DNA from: Mobula hypostoma
Taxonomy: Eukaryota
Reading direction: 5' to 3'
DNA: 64,000 nucleotides
Assembly: GCF_963921235.1 (NCBI RefSeq)
Contig: NC_086108.1
Location: 73,162,001 to 73,226,000 of the forward strand
Every line of letters begins with the position of its first letter. Position 1 is the stretch's first letter. The notes beneath the pieces are model-generated. The model was given only the letters and a program-made list of their open reading frames with translations, did not search any database and was not told the origin of the DNA. This document shows positions 1 through 12,932 of the stretch, in pieces. A program made the position numbers and the translations under genes.

Positions 1-1287
1 TGCCCAGGCACCATCATTGTTGCCAGGAAGGATGAGAAGGAACATCTACAAAATCTCAAGGCTGTGTTAAAAGGATGAGCAGTTTATGGACTCAGAGCAC
101 AATGCAACAAATGGGAATTCGTCAAATTAAACATGACTTGCTGTGGTCACACCATCAACGAACATGCATTACACAAGTATACTGAGAAAATTCAAGCAGT
201 GGCGGATGCCCCAAAGACAAAAGACATGTCACAGTTTTGGTCCCTTTTAGAATTTTTCAATTCCTGCCAATTCAATCCACCCCTTGAACACATTACCGCA
301 GATCAGGAAGAAATGGCAATAGATAAAACAGTGTGGTATGGCTTTCCACAAGGCAAAGGAAATGGTGACATCAGCCACTGTACTCATTCATTGTGATCCA
401 CATCATCTAGTGATGCCTCGCCTCATAGTACAGGTACAGTCATGTCACATGAGTGATGGATGTGAACACTACATTGCCTTTGCATCAAAATGACACACAG
501 ATTGACAGAGAGCTCTTGAGTATGGTTTGGGGTGTAAAACTTTTCAACCAGTACTTATCTGGGAGTTTACCCTTATTACCGATCATCAACCACTAGTCTA
601 CAGTCTACAGAACGGCGTTCCACTAACTGCAGCAACACGAGTGCAGAGCTGGGCTCAGCTTCCTGGAGGTCACAGTTACAAGATCGAGTTCACAAGGACA
701 GCTAGTCATAGAAATGCTGATGGGTTGTCCTATTTAACCTTGGGAAAGGAAATACCTGAAAAATTTACAAAAGAGAACACTCCTGGTGATATATTCTCCC
801 GAATACAAATCAAAAAACATATTTTAGCAGAGATGATCGAGAGGGAAACAGGAAAAGACCGCGCACTGACTCCGGTCTACATGGCAACCTAAAATGGCTG
901 GAATGTGTAGCAGAAGTTCCAGTTCCTCCATTTTTACCAGTGCTGGGATGAACTTGCCTTTGACGTGGTTGCCTTATGTGGCGATTTAGAGTTGTTGTAC
1001 CATCCAAGCTCAGAGCTAAAGTGTTGGAGGAACTATATGCCGGTCATCTAGGTGTGGTCAAAATGAAAGCATTGGCTAAATTTTTGTCTGGTGGCCTGGT
1101 ATAGATCAGCAGATTGAGCAACTTGCCACACACTGTATAAGATCACAAAACATCCAGAAGATGCCAAGAGTAGTGCCTCTCCATCTTTGGGAATGGCCCG
1201 CATTGCCCTGGCAGAGAATTCATGTGGATTTTGTTGGACTATACATAAGCACAAAGTTCTTGGTAGTAGTAGATGCAGCTACAAACT
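1..1287 (+). mobile_element. Degenerate Gypsy/Ty3 LTR retrotransposon pol remnant (RT end, RNase H, integrase zinc finger); runs off the window start
   Basis: ORF 527..892 has FTLITDHQPL and HRNADGLS (Gypsy RNase H). Near 1040-1230 I read GHLGVVKMKALA..WWPGID and PWQRIHVDF (integrase). Many stops. Confidence 0.85.
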
Positions 1288-1289
1288 TA

Positions 1290-1443
1290 ACACATCCCTT
1301 TTCTTTCCAGTTCTGATGAACAGCCTTGGCCTGAAACGTAAACTGTTTATTCCCCTCCAGAGATGCAGCCTGACCTGCTGAGTTTCTCCAGCATTTTATG
1401 TGTTACTCTGGATTTCCAGCATCTTCGGAAGTTCCTGTGTTTA
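1290..1443 (+). mobile_element. Penelope-like element terminal fragment
   Basis: Matches the terminal repeat of the Penelope copies at 4654-5554 and 55623-58169 (ctgatgaa...cctgaaacgt...gatgcagcctgacctgctgagtttctccagcatttt). Confidence 0.7.
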
Positions 1444-2838
1444 TTAAATGGTGATTCCCACTAATGCTATTTTAAAAATCTTGCAAATCGTGTAATTGAT
1501 GATTGCAGTGTCAGAATCAGAATCAGGTTTATTATCACCAGCATGTGACATGAAACATTAAAAAATAGGGTGATACACAATGCTTCTAAAAGCCACCTTA
1601 GATTGTGGCAAAGCAATTTATTGGCTATTGATTAAATTAAATAGATACAAGCACTTCGTATTTGCTTTCATTTAAGTAAATGCCTTCTCTTACTCATCAT
1701 TATTGCAAGACCTTTTCCATGCTACCCAGTTCCATAGGCCAGAAGGATTCAGATTCCACTCTTGATTTTCCATTATTTCAAATTAAAGCAGTACTCTTAC
1801 TTGTTTCTAAAGTTTGTATTAATATTTAGATATACTTCGGGTAAAAGTAAGATAGAAATTTAACCAATTACCAAGAGAAAAGTTGTGGCAACATAGTCAC
1901 CTTCCCACAATTTCCATTGGTTCCATGGAAACTTTTATATTGTTATGTGGAGCACTGAGCTTGATGCAGTCACTGCAAAGGCTCGGTGGGAAAGGACCGG
2001 CGTACAATCTTCCACTACTGGACAGGGAGGGGCCACGTTGGGTGAGGAAGCCATTCAATTATTGTAGTACTGTTCCACCCCAGGGGACCACATGAGTAGT
2101 AATGGTGCTATTGTTTTTAAAATGTAATTTAACTCCACTTAGCACATGCTGTACAAATGTAAGAATGAGATGGCACTGAACAGTTTATTCTTGTAAATAT
2201 TTTTTATTATGACTAAAGTTTATTGTGGATAAATAAGCAAACAAACGAATGAATAAAATAGGTAGAGATAGATAGATAGATAACGATATTGCTGTGCTGT
2301 AGCTGTCAAGGGAAGAGATCCTTAAGACTGAGACTTGTTTCCCATGATTTTAAAAGTAAAGACACAGTAGCTGTGACATCTTCAGATAGCTTGTGTCAAG
2401 ATTAAAATGCCTGTCACATTTTAACACAGCATCATATTTTTGCACAGGGGTACTGATGGATATGTACTACTTAACATTTCAGACTGCATTTAGTGTGGTG
2501 CTGCATTTTAAATTTCTGCAGGAAAGAAAAGTTCATGAGGTTGGAAATAACATTGGCATGGATAGAAAACAGACTGACTAAACTATAATTTACTTTAGTG
2601 ATTCAGATGAAGTTGATTGATGAATTTGTTGATAGTTGGATGATTGATTTAGGAAAGTAAGTTGTGAAGATTATGTGAGGAGGCTGCAAAGAGAATCAGA
2701 ATCAGGTTTAATATGGGTCAATTGCCCATTCAGAAATCTGATGGTAGAGGGTTTCTAAAATGCTGAGAGGCTGTTTCCTCATGCTCCTGTACCTCCTGCT
2801 TGATGGTATCGATGAGAAGAGGACATATCCTGGGTTTT

Positions 2839-4195
2839 AAGACCATAACACAGGAGCAGAATTAGGTCATTTGGCTCTGCCATTTCAGCAAGGCTGAACT
2901 ATTTTCCTTCTCAGTCCCAATTTCCGGCCTTCTCCCCTATCCCTTCATGCACTGACTAATCAAGAATCTATCAACCTCTGCCTTAAATATACCCAATGAC
3001 TTGGTTTCCACAGCTGCCTGTGGTAATGAATTTCACAGATCCTCCACTCTCTGGCAAAAGAAATTCCTCTTCATTTTTGTTCTAAAAGGAAGCCCCTCTA
3101 ACTAAGGCTGTGTCCTCCAGTCTTAGATTCCTCCACCAAAGGAAATATCCTCTCCGTATCCACTCTGTTGAGGCCTTTCAACATTAGATAGGTTTCAATG
3201 CAGTCATCTCTCACTCTTCTGAATTCCAGAGAATAGATTAGATTAGATTAGATTATGAGGACACACAGTTCTCTTTTATTGTCATTTAGTAGTGCATGCA
3301 TTAAGAAATGATACAATATCCCTCTGGTGTGATATCACAGAAACACAGGACAGACCAAGACTGAAAAACTGACCAAAAAACACATAATTATAACATATAG
3401 TTACAACAGCGCAAGCAATACCGTAACTTGATGAAGAACAAGCCGTGAGCACGGCAAAAAGTTCAAAGTCTCTCGAAAGTCCCACATCTCACGCAGACAG
3501 GAGAAGGAAGAAAACTCTCCCTGCCATACCTGTCCACAGTCCGACTCTGAGTCGTCCGAAAACTTCGAGCTCTGACCAGCCCTCCAACACCGAGCACCGA
3601 ACACCATCTCTGCCGAACGCCTCGACCCCAACCCCCGTCACCAGCAGCAGGCAAAGCCGAGGATTTTGGGGCCTTCCCTCCGGAGATTCTCGATCGCACA
3701 GTAGCAGCGGCAGTGAACCGGGCATTTCAGAAGTTACTCCAGATGTTCCTCCATGCTCTTACGGCTGTCTCCATCAAATCAGAATTCTACACGGTACCCT
3801 TTATAACAAATACGATATAATTTCACTGGAGAGGCTACGCGCGCTACATCACGTTGCCATCTTCTCCTCCCGCCCAGAATACAGGCCCCAGTGTCATCAA
3901 ACACTCTTCATATGACAAGCCTTTCAATCCTGAAATCATTTTCATGAACCTCCTTTGAACTCGCTCCAATGTCAGCATCTCCCCATCTCAGATAAAGGGC
4001 CCAAAACTGTTCACAATACTCCAAGTGAGGCCTCACCAGCGCTTTATAAGCCTCAACATTACATCCTTACTTTTATATTCTAGCTCTCTTAAAAATGAAT
4101 GCTAACATTGCTTTTGCCTTTCTCACCTTCGACTCAATGTACAAATTAACCTTTAGGGAACCCTGCACAAGGTGTCCCAAATCCCTTATGGGGTC
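2839..4195 (-). mobile_element. CR1 LINE 3' fragment, split by a younger insertion
   Basis: Similar to the 3' region of the CR1 at 28650-29400 (ccaaaactgttcacaatactccaagtg, ggagcagaattaggtcattt). Confidence 0.75.
3236..3875 (-). mobile_element. Non-autonomous retroelement with (TCTAA)n tail inserted into CR1
   Basis: (TTAGA)n at 3234-3255, CpG-rich body, and a 6-bp target-site duplication AGAATA at 3230-3235 and 3876-3881. Confidence 0.6.
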
Positions 4196-4653
4196 CTTAA
4201 TGATAGATGCCACCTTTTTGAGAGATATAGGTAGGTTAAGTAAATGGGCAAAAAGTTATGTTAAAATACGAAATGTCCAATTTGGCAGCGAAGATAAAAT
4301 TATACATATTACTTTATATAAAATATAATACAATCATATTTTATTTAACTGAAAACTTGTAGAATTCTGTGATGCAAAGGAGTCTATCTGTCCTTAGGTG
4401 TCATTCACAAAAGGCTAGTATGAATGTATTTCAAGTAATAGAGAAAGCTAATATAATGTTAATTCAATGGCAGAGAGATTATGCTTCAGTTGTAAAGGGC
4501 ATGGTGAAATCACAACTGGATTTCTGTTTATAGCACTGAGAAGTTACTGCAACTGAAGCAATTCAGAGAATTCCATGCAATGGGTGTGTTGTCCTTTAAG
4601 GAAAGATGAGAAGAGCTAGACATAACGCATTGAAATTGTGAAGAGTACAAGAT

Positions 4654-5554
4654 CCACACATCAAAGTTGCTGGTGAAAGCAGCAGGCCAGGCAGCATCTC
4701 TAGGAAGAGGTACAGTCGACGTTTCAGGCCGAGACCCTTCGTCAGGACTAACTGAAGGAAGAGTTAGTAAGAGATTTGAAAGTGGGAGGGGTAGGGGGAG
4801 ATACAAAATGATAGGAGAAGACAGGAGGGGGAGGGATGGAGCCAAGAGCTGGATAGGTGATTGGCAAAGGGGATATGAGAGGATCATGGGACAGGAGGCC
4901 TAGGGAGAAAGAAAAGGGGGGGGGAAACCCAGAGGATGGGCAAGGGGTATAGTCAGAGGGACAGAGGGAGAAAAAGGAGAGTGAGAGAAAGAATGTGTGT
5001 ATAAAAATAAATAACAGATGGGGTACGAGGGGGAGGTGGGGCATTAGCAGAAGTTGGAGAAGTCGATGTTCATGCCATCAGGTTGGAGGCTACCCAGACG
5101 GAATATAAGGTGTTGTTCCTCCAACCTGAGTGTGGTTTCATCTTTACAGTAGAGGAGGCCGTGGATAGACATGTCAGAATGGGAATGGGATGCGGAATTA
5201 AAATGTGTGGCCACTGGGAGATCCTGCTTTTTCTGGCGGACGGAGCGTAGATGTTCAGCAAAGTGGTCTCCCAGTCTGCGTCGGGTCTCACCAATATATA
5301 AAAGGCCACATCGGGAGCACCGGATGCAGTATATCACCCCAGTCGACTCACAGGTGAAGTGATGCCTCACCTGGCAGGACTGTTTGGGGCCCTGAATGGT
5401 GGTAAGGGAGGAAGTGTAAGGGCATGTGTAGCACTTGTTCCGCTTACACGGATAAGTGCCAGGAGGGAGATCAGTGGGGAGGGATGGGGGGGACGAATGG
5501 ACAAGGGAGTCGCATAGGGAGCGATCCCTGCGGAAAGCGGGGTGGGGAGAGGAC
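4654..5554 (-). mobile_element. Penelope-like element, 5'-truncated (GIY-YIG endonuclease end plus terminal repeat)
   Basis: ORF 5044..5556 has CYTC and GVIYCIRCSRCGLLYIGET..LEEQHLIFRLGSLQPDGMN. TSD AAGAGTACA at 4641-4649 and 5555-5563. Confidence 0.92.
4714..4749 (-). ncRNA. Minimal type I hammerhead ribozyme in Penelope terminal repeat
   Basis: Minus strand reads AGTC-CTGACGA-AGGgtctcggCCT-GAAAC-GTC-GACT: stem I, CUGAnGA box, stem II, GAAA box, palindromic ACGU, GUC cleavage triplet. Confidence 0.75.
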
Positions 5555-6409
5555 AAGAGTACAGGATGATTTTATTGAAGCACATAATATCCTCAAAAGT
5601 TTTGGCAGGGTGAAAATGGAGAGCCTATTTTCTCTTGTGAGAGGATTGTTTAAAAACAAGGAGTTTTTATGAGGTGAAACTTTTCTCTCAGAGAGTTATG
5701 AATCTTTGGAAATCTCTTCCTGAAGTAGCAGTGGAAACAGAATCTGTGAATATCTTTAAGGCAGACACAGATGAAAAGCAAAGTGATGACAGGTTACCAT
5801 AAGTCAACTGGATGGCAGATTTAACATTATAATCAGATTAACTGTGATATTATTAAGCAGCAAAGCAGGTTTGAAGGGATGAGTGGCCTACTTATGCTTG
5901 TATGTTTCCATCAAGATGAAAAGCATTATATCAATTTTTAAGGGTAAATTTTCTCACTTTTATATTTTTAAATGCTAGTTAGTGCTACAAATGCAGGTGA
6001 AATCCATTTTTAAGCTAGAGTTCCATAAGATAATGCTTCCAGCTTGATGTAATTTTTCGAGTTCAGATGACCTTTCCCTCTCTATTTCTGGTTTGGTTCT
6101 ATGAAGAAAAGTCATGGTACTAACAAGAAATGAAAAATTGGTTTCTTTCTCTTGAAAATTTACCTGAAAAAAACACAAAAAATCTGAATTACACCAAAGG
6201 TCTGAAAAGATTTTTGCTAAAAATAGCTATTATCCAAAAATTTCATTGTAAATCAGACTTAATCAAACTGTTTCTGTTTATTATGGAGGAGATATAAACT
6301 AGATTAGCACAATCATGGACATAAGTAAACATTTACAATTTAATGACTCTCACTAAAAATAACTTCTCTTTCGCACATAATTTGAATATGAACGGTTTGA
6401 CACTACCTG

Positions 6410-6600
6410 TACAAAATGCTAAAAGAACTCAGCAGATCAGGCAGCGTCTATGGAGAGGAATAAACAGCTGACATTTCAGGTCTCGGTCTGAAACGTTGGC
6501 TCTTGATTCCTCTCCATTGATGCTGCCTGACCTGCTGAATTCCTCCAGCATTTTGTGTGTTGCTCCAGATTTCCAGCATCTGCAGAATCGCTTATGTTTT
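6410..6600. repeat. Palindromic Penelope-terminus-derived short element
   Basis: acaaaatgct..aactcagcagatcaggcagc is mirrored by gctgcctgacctgctgaattcctccagcattttgt. Confidence 0.65.
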
Positions 6601-7026
6601 TGGCAACTACTCATTTATTTTGCCTGTACTGTATCAATAATCATGATTTTAATTGTTTTTGAATACTATTTTCATCTCTATGACCCAGAATTTCTGGTCA
6701 GTGGAAAGCTATCTACCTTCACAGCTGAACTCATGAAAAGATCACTCATATTCTATGCAGATTTCCGGAAGCTGAAAGTTGTCAGCTTCAGCCTTAGCTT
6801 TTCACCATGACAAGCCATTCCACCCCCAATCACAGAGTGGCTGTAACAAACTCTGCTGTGAAACTGTGAAAATGTTTTTGATGCACAGCTAACCCAAGAG
6901 GTAAATCTGTGGATAAATCAGTCATTCAAAAATATTCTTAAAAAACTCAGTTTCTTAAAAAATATTCAAAATGCTTAAAACGTAACACAATTAAAACACC
7001 AAAACCTATAAGTATATTTATAAACC

Positions 7027-7805
7027 TCATCATCATCATCATCATCAGGTGCAATGCCCAGTTTGATCTTCGACTGCCATGGCCCACACACTCCTGTTTC
7101 GGGTCAAGTGGATCAATTCATTGGTATTCATTTCCAGTTCTCTGGCTGCTGTCTCCATCATCATTTGTCTTTGCCTTCCTCTTGCTTTCTTCCCTTCAAT
7201 CTTTCCCATAATTACTATGTATTCCAACTCCTCTTTCCTAATCACATGTCCAATGAAGTTACGTTGCCTTTTCATGATCTCATACATTATTTCTATCTTT
7301 GTGTTTGCTCTCTTCATGACATCCTCGTTAGATATTCGTTTTGTCCATGATATTCTTTGCATCCCCCTCAAAAACCACATCTCTGCTGCTACGATTCATT
7401 TCCTCATGTTACATTTTGTGAGTTTGACCATGGTTTTCTTAGCAAATAGGTTCTAGGAAACCTAGTATCTAACAACGGTGGTTTGCTATTGCCTACCGTT
7501 GGGCGATCTAAAAAAATCACCATTTCTCTTCCCAAATGTTCATCCACCTGTACTATAGCCATTGACATTTGAGGTCCTAGCTCATCCGCCTTCTCCATCA
7601 TAAGGTCAGTTACTGAACCTGCAGGATCTGCCGTTGGCCTTTGCTCGAATCCTGAGCAGGAACCCTTGCAGGTGCTACCGTTCTGGGTCAGAGCGGCCCT
7701 GGGAGCAATGAATGACTAAGGGGTACCTACACTTCCCCAAAGCTCTGAAAGTCCCCAATCAGAGCCTCATCATCGGTTGCAGTTTAGAGTCATACCCAGG
7801 ACATT
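7027..7805 (-). mobile_element. RTE-clade LINE, internally deleted, with (GAT)n tail
   Basis: ORF 7045..7380 (MWFLRGMQRISWT..FIGHVIRK..GKIEGKKARGRQR) is the RTE ORF C-terminus. (CAT)n at 7027-7046. Confidence 0.8.
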
Positions 7806-8159
7806 TATAAACCTCAATCATTAATAAAAATCTCAAAATACTAATTCTTATCCTAATCCTTTATAAGCATTTTTTGCATTGAAATCAGTGGAGAGTTAGG
7901 GCTAAGCAGAGTGGCCATTATAGGAGTGGACCACCTGCAGAAAGGACTAGCACTATGCCAGAAATTCAAGCATGTCAGGGGGCAGATGTGAGTGCAATTG
8001 TTATCACTAGGGAGAAGGTGCTTGAGAAGCTGAAAGATCTGGAGGTAGATAAGCCACCTGGATTAGAAGGACGACAGCCCAGTGTTCACAAAGTAGTAGC
8101 TGAAGAGATTGTGGAGACATTAGTAATGATCTTTTAAAAAAACACTAGATTCTGGCATG

Positions 8160-8718
8160 CAAACTATTATCATATTTTCTGGGAATGCCCCGTTATCAAA
8201 GAGTATTGGAGTGGGATACATAATGCCCTACAAGACATCTTTAAATATGAAATAGCTTTAGAGAGTAATACCATATATTTTGGGTATATACCTCAAGAAT
8301 AGTTGAACAGAGATAAATATTTAATTAATGTACTGCTGGTGGCTGGTAAAAAGACCCTTACCAGGAAATGGTTATCACAGGAGAGCCCAACTTTAAATGT
8401 GTGGATGGAAATTACAATGGACATTTACAAAATAGAGAAGATAACAGCATCTGTTAATCATAAATTGGAACAATTTTATTCATACTGGAAAAAATGGTTT
8501 AACTACATAACACCTCATAGGCCTGATTTTATTCTTACAAGTCAATGAATATGTTGTAAAAAAAAGATCACTTCCTACTCTGTACAGTTTTCTTCTTTCA
8601 ATTGTTCTTTCTTTCTTCTCCTTTCTATACATATATACCTCAGATAAATATTATGTGGAGATTTGTGACAAATATGATTATATGATATATATGTGTACAG
8701 TATCTGAAATACATCTTA
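8160..8718 (+). mobile_element. L1/Tx1-type LINE 3' fragment
   Basis: HIFWECP-like motif near 8170 and ORF 8303..8548 (AGKKTLTRKWL..PTLNVW..W) resemble the L1 ORF2 C-terminus. Confidence 0.7.
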
Positions 8719-9215
8719 TTAATCCTTCTACTGCTTCCTTTACACTCTGATCTCTGCTCTTGGTTTCCTCATCCACAACGTCATCTGACAAAGTCTCTGT
8801 TTTCATACCTTCATTGATTCCTTTCTTTTTGACCTTCCATTCATCCAGCTGGGTTTTAGTCTTTGCATTTACTTTTACAAGCAGCTTTTTGTCTCCCACT
8901 TGAAGTTCATGCAATAACAATGCACGCAGTGTAGATTCTGGTTCTTTATATTCACAAAAGATGAATGCGTTCAACTTTCCTGAAGCACCTCGAACTCCCT
9001 TCCAGCTTAAAACCAAGCCACATTTCACAAGTATCTGCTTGATTAACATATCAGAAGCTTTCTCGGATATGTTGCCTACAAAAACTGTTGTAGTTGGACC
9101 ACTGCTTTCATCACTTTCACACTTCCTCTGAGCAGCATGCTCCTTCCTTGGTCCAATATGTTTTCCAACACGAGGTACAAAGGTTGGCACCATCACCTGT
9201 TTGCCCTTTGTTGGG
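8716..9215 (-). pseudogene. RBM25: Intronless partial retrocopy of RBM25 (RRM region)
   Basis: ORF 8678..9316 contains GPTTTVFVGNISEKASDMLIKQILVKCGLVLSWK..GASGKL..FCEYKEPESTLRAL..KKLLVKV..KTKTQLDEWK..DEETK, which I recognise as the RBM25 N-terminal RRM. No introns. The Pro-rich N-terminus and RE/PWI C-terminus are absent. Confidence 0.9.
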
Positions 9216-9219
9216 CAAT

Positions 9220-12200
9220 GGTTGATGGTTTTCAGCATGGAGATAGTTTTGATATCATCCAGTACATTTCTGAATTCACTTTCATATGGCTTCATTGCAG
9301 GGGATGTGGCATGCAAATGGTGAATAGATCTCCAATCAAGTTGTAGTTGTCTCAGCCACTTCTAACCCCACAATGCTAGTTCTCCTGCTTTTACCGCATA
9401 CAAGGTCAATGTGGCTTGTTGGTTGTTGTATTTCACTGGGTATTGAATGTCATTCGCATAGGAGTTATCTTTTCTCCAGTAGAAGTTCTTAATTGGATAT
9501 CAGCAAGCTTCAGTTTAGTATCTTTGAAATGCCTCTCAAACTCGTTTTGTGGAATGATTGAAACACTGTAAATCTCAAGGCTACACAATCCTGTGTCACT
9601 CTCATCATTATCAGATTTTTCATCAACACCATGCTAATTAGTACTCTTTTTGAAACAGCAACTTGAATTTTCAGTGTTTTCTCTTTCCCTGTGCAGACCA
9701 TTTACTTTTGCCTGCCCAATATGCTCTTTGTATGTGTCCTACTTTATTGCATTTACGGAAAGCATCGCCTTTAAATCTGCATTTGTTAGGCATATATGAG
9801 TCCTGCCACAACATTAAATCAATTTATTCAGCCAGGCCGGTTTCTGTTTAGACAATGCAATTTTGTTAATGCTGACTTTCTTTCCAGACTGCAACTCAAT
9901 TATTCCTCTGCTTGTAGTTTCCATTAAAAGAGCAATTTCCATTGCTCACTTAAATGTAACCTGTGCTTCAGTTAGGAGCGATTTTTGAATGATTTCTTTT
10001 ATGATTCCACAAACTGAACAATCTCTTAGTGTATAATTAAGCCAGTTACTGAACTGAAAATGCTTAGACCATCTCTTCAATTCAACCATTCACACTGAAA
10101 TGGACTCCCCTAAAGGGTTCTGCAATGAACAACAGCTTTGGTTCTACGTGTTCCTGTATCACTGTTACAATGGCAGCAAAACTCATTTCTGGTGGTTTGG
10201 TTGGGGCAATCAAACCTTGAAGCAAACTGTATGCCTTTAACGCTAATGTACTTAGCAAAATTGGCATTGATTCTCAATGGCTATTTCATTTGCTTCAAAG
10301 TACTGTTCCAGTAGCTCAATATACATGAGCCAATTTATTTGGAAATGCACGGAGGACTGTGTGTCTCGCAAGACGATCCGGGTATTCCCTAACCAGAAAC
10401 CTTGGATGAATTATGAGGTCAAGTCCCTTTTAAAGGCTAGAGCTGTGGCTTTTAGGTGTGGGGATACCAGTCGCTACCTGGAATCCAGGAGTGAACTCCC
10501 GAAAGCCATTAAGGGTGCCAACAGGCAATATCGAGCCAAGTTGGAAGCCCAGACTAACCAGAGGAATGCCAGTAGACTATGGCAGGGTCTAAATGAGATC
10601 ACTGGGCGCAAAGAAAAGGCTGGGAATATCAATAACTGTGGCGCTTCTCTTCCTGACAAACTTAACGTATTCTATGCAAGATTCGAACAGAAGAGGAGCG
10701 TCCCGCTCCCTCCGGATGAACCAGCCCTGGTGGCATCGAGATTCATCGTCACCGAGGAGGATGTTAGAAGGGCCTTTCTGAAGATAAATCCAAGGAAGGC
10801 GACAGGCCCAGATGGCGACCCAGGACGGGTTCTCCGGCCTGTGCAAGTGAGTTAGCTGGAGGGTTTGCTGACATCTTCAACTGCTCCTTGTTTCAGTCTA
10901 AGATCCCCTCAATTTTTAAGAAGGCAACGATAATCCCAGTGCCAAAGAAGAGCAAGGTGGCATGCCTGAATGACTATCGACCTGTGGCTCTGACATCAAT
11001 TGCTATGAAGTGCTTCGAGAGATTGGTTATGGCACACATCAACCACAGCCTACCGGTCAACCTCGACATTTTGCAATTCGCCTACCGGAGTAACAGGTCA
11101 ATGGCAGATGCCATCTCTCTGGCCCTACATTCCTCCTTCGAACACCTGGAGAATAAAGACGCATACGTAAGGCTCCTTTTCATTGACTACAGCTCTGCCT
11201 TTAATACCATCATTCCAAATAAACTGATTCCTAAGCTCCGGAACCTGGGCCTTAGCACTCAGATCTGCAGCTGGATCTTCAACTTCCTCACAGACAGGAC
11301 CCAGGCTGTAAAAATAGGGGACACGTTCCCCTCTACAATCACTCTGAGCACCGGTGCCCCACAAGGCTGTGTACTCAGCCCCCTGCTGTACTCACTGTAC
11401 ACCCATGATTGTATAGCCAAGTTTCCATCAAACTCAATATATAAGTTTGCTGATGACACAACAATTGTAGGCCGTATATTGGGTAATGATGAGTTTGAGT
11501 ACAGAGAGGAAATTAAGAACCTGGTGGCATGGTGCGAAGACAATAACCTATCCCTCAACGTCAGCAAGGTGAAGGAATTGGTTGCTGAATTCAGAAGGAG
11601 TAGCAGACCGCACGACTCAATTTACATTGGTGGTACACAAGTGGAACAGGTCAAAAGCTTTAAGTTCCTCGGGGTCAATATCACAAATGACCTGACTTGG
11701 TCCAACCAAGCAGAGTTCACTGCCAAGAAGGCCCACCAACACTTTTACTTCCTGAGAAAACTAAAGAAATTTGGCCTGTCCCCTAAAAACCTCACTAATT
11801 TTTATAGATGCACCGTAGAAAGCATTCTCCTAGGGTGCACCACAACCTGGTATGGAAGTTGTCCTGTCCAAGACCGAAAGAAGCTGCAGAAGATCATGAA
11901 CACGGCGCAGCACACCACACAAACCAATCTTCCGTCCGTGGACTCACTTTACACCGCACACTGTCGGAGCAGTGTTGCCAGGATAATCAAGGACACGACC
12001 CACCCAGCCAACACACTTTTTGTCCCTCTTCCCTCTGGGAGAAGGCTCAGGAGCTTAAAGACTCGTACGGCCAGATTTGGGAACAGCTTCCTTCCAACTG
12101 TGATAAGACTGCTGAACGGATCCTGACCCGGACCTGGGCCATACCCTCCAAATAATCGGACCTGCCTCTGATTTTTTTTTGCACTACCTTACTTTCCATT

Positions 12201-12932
12201 TTTCTATTTTCTATTTATGATTTATAATTTAAATTTTTAATATTTATTAATTTTTACTGTTTTTATATTTTTAATGTTTAATATTTGTAATCCAGGGAGT
12301 GGGAAGCGCAGAATCAAATATCACTGTGATGATTGTACATTCTATTACCAACTGTTTGGCGACAATGAAGTATAAAGTATAAGTATTACCCATTGTGTAA
12401 TTAAACTCGTCCATCTTTCTGAAGTAGCCAGCCATTTCTGATCTTTTTTAAATGATTAATATTACATGGTACTCACAGTTTATGAACCCTGAATTCTTCT
12501 GTTTATGTCCTTTAATTTGATCGTGTCTTCCCTTCTGAAGAACATGTTCTGGCTGCTTTTGTTTTAAACTCAACCACATGCTAGAGTGCCTTTTTGACTC
12601 ATCAGTGCTCCCATTGCATTTTATTTTATTTCGAGCATCTCACTGCATTTAACAGGTCAGTGGCCATCTCGGGTTCATTTTAAAATACCTCATCACCAAT
12701 GTTATGTTTTGTGACTTTAAAACATTAAAATAATTCAAGGAAACATGGGAGTCCAAGAAATGCAGGTGTAGTTCGAGTTTACATAAGCGAGGCGCGCACG
12801 CATCACATGGTAGCGTGATGACATATGCAATTAATATATTTTCACATATTACCCATAATTATTTATTTAAATGAACAAGAATGCTTAATCAGCAACACAT
12901 TTACAAGATTACTCAATAGTAAATACACAACA
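9220..12932 (-). mobile_element. Gypsy (Mag-like) LTR retrotransposon 5' half: LTR, PBS, gag and protease remnant, split by a Rex1 LINE
   Basis: TG..CA LTR at 12700-12932, followed on the minus strand by TGGTGATGAGG (PBS-like). Gag ATG at 12435 (MAGYFRKMDEFNY). Gag resumes below 10325 (YIELLEQYFEANEI; ORF 10082..10267). Protease-end-like WLRQLQLDW near 9330-9360. Confidence 0.8.
10324..12385 (+). mobile_element. Rex1/Babar-clade LINE, 5'-truncated, RT nearly intact
   Basis: ORFs 10277..10855 and 10888..12126 ([39 protein letters not shown]). (TATAAAG)-like tail near 12370-12385. Confidence 0.92.

Larger units (their letters stand above)
4226..5905 (+). mobile_element. Old degenerate CR1 3' fragment, split by a Penelope insertion
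   Basis: Decayed CR1 RT-end and 3' motifs on both sides of 4654-5554. Confidence 0.55.

Noticed and set aside
3445..3915. 156-aa Ser/Pro-rich ORF
   Set aside because: Lies in a GC-rich TSD-bounded repeat; probably a chance ORF.
8678..9316. Functional RBM25 gene
   Set aside because: No introns, both termini missing, non-ATG start within Gypsy sequence, conserved residues altered.
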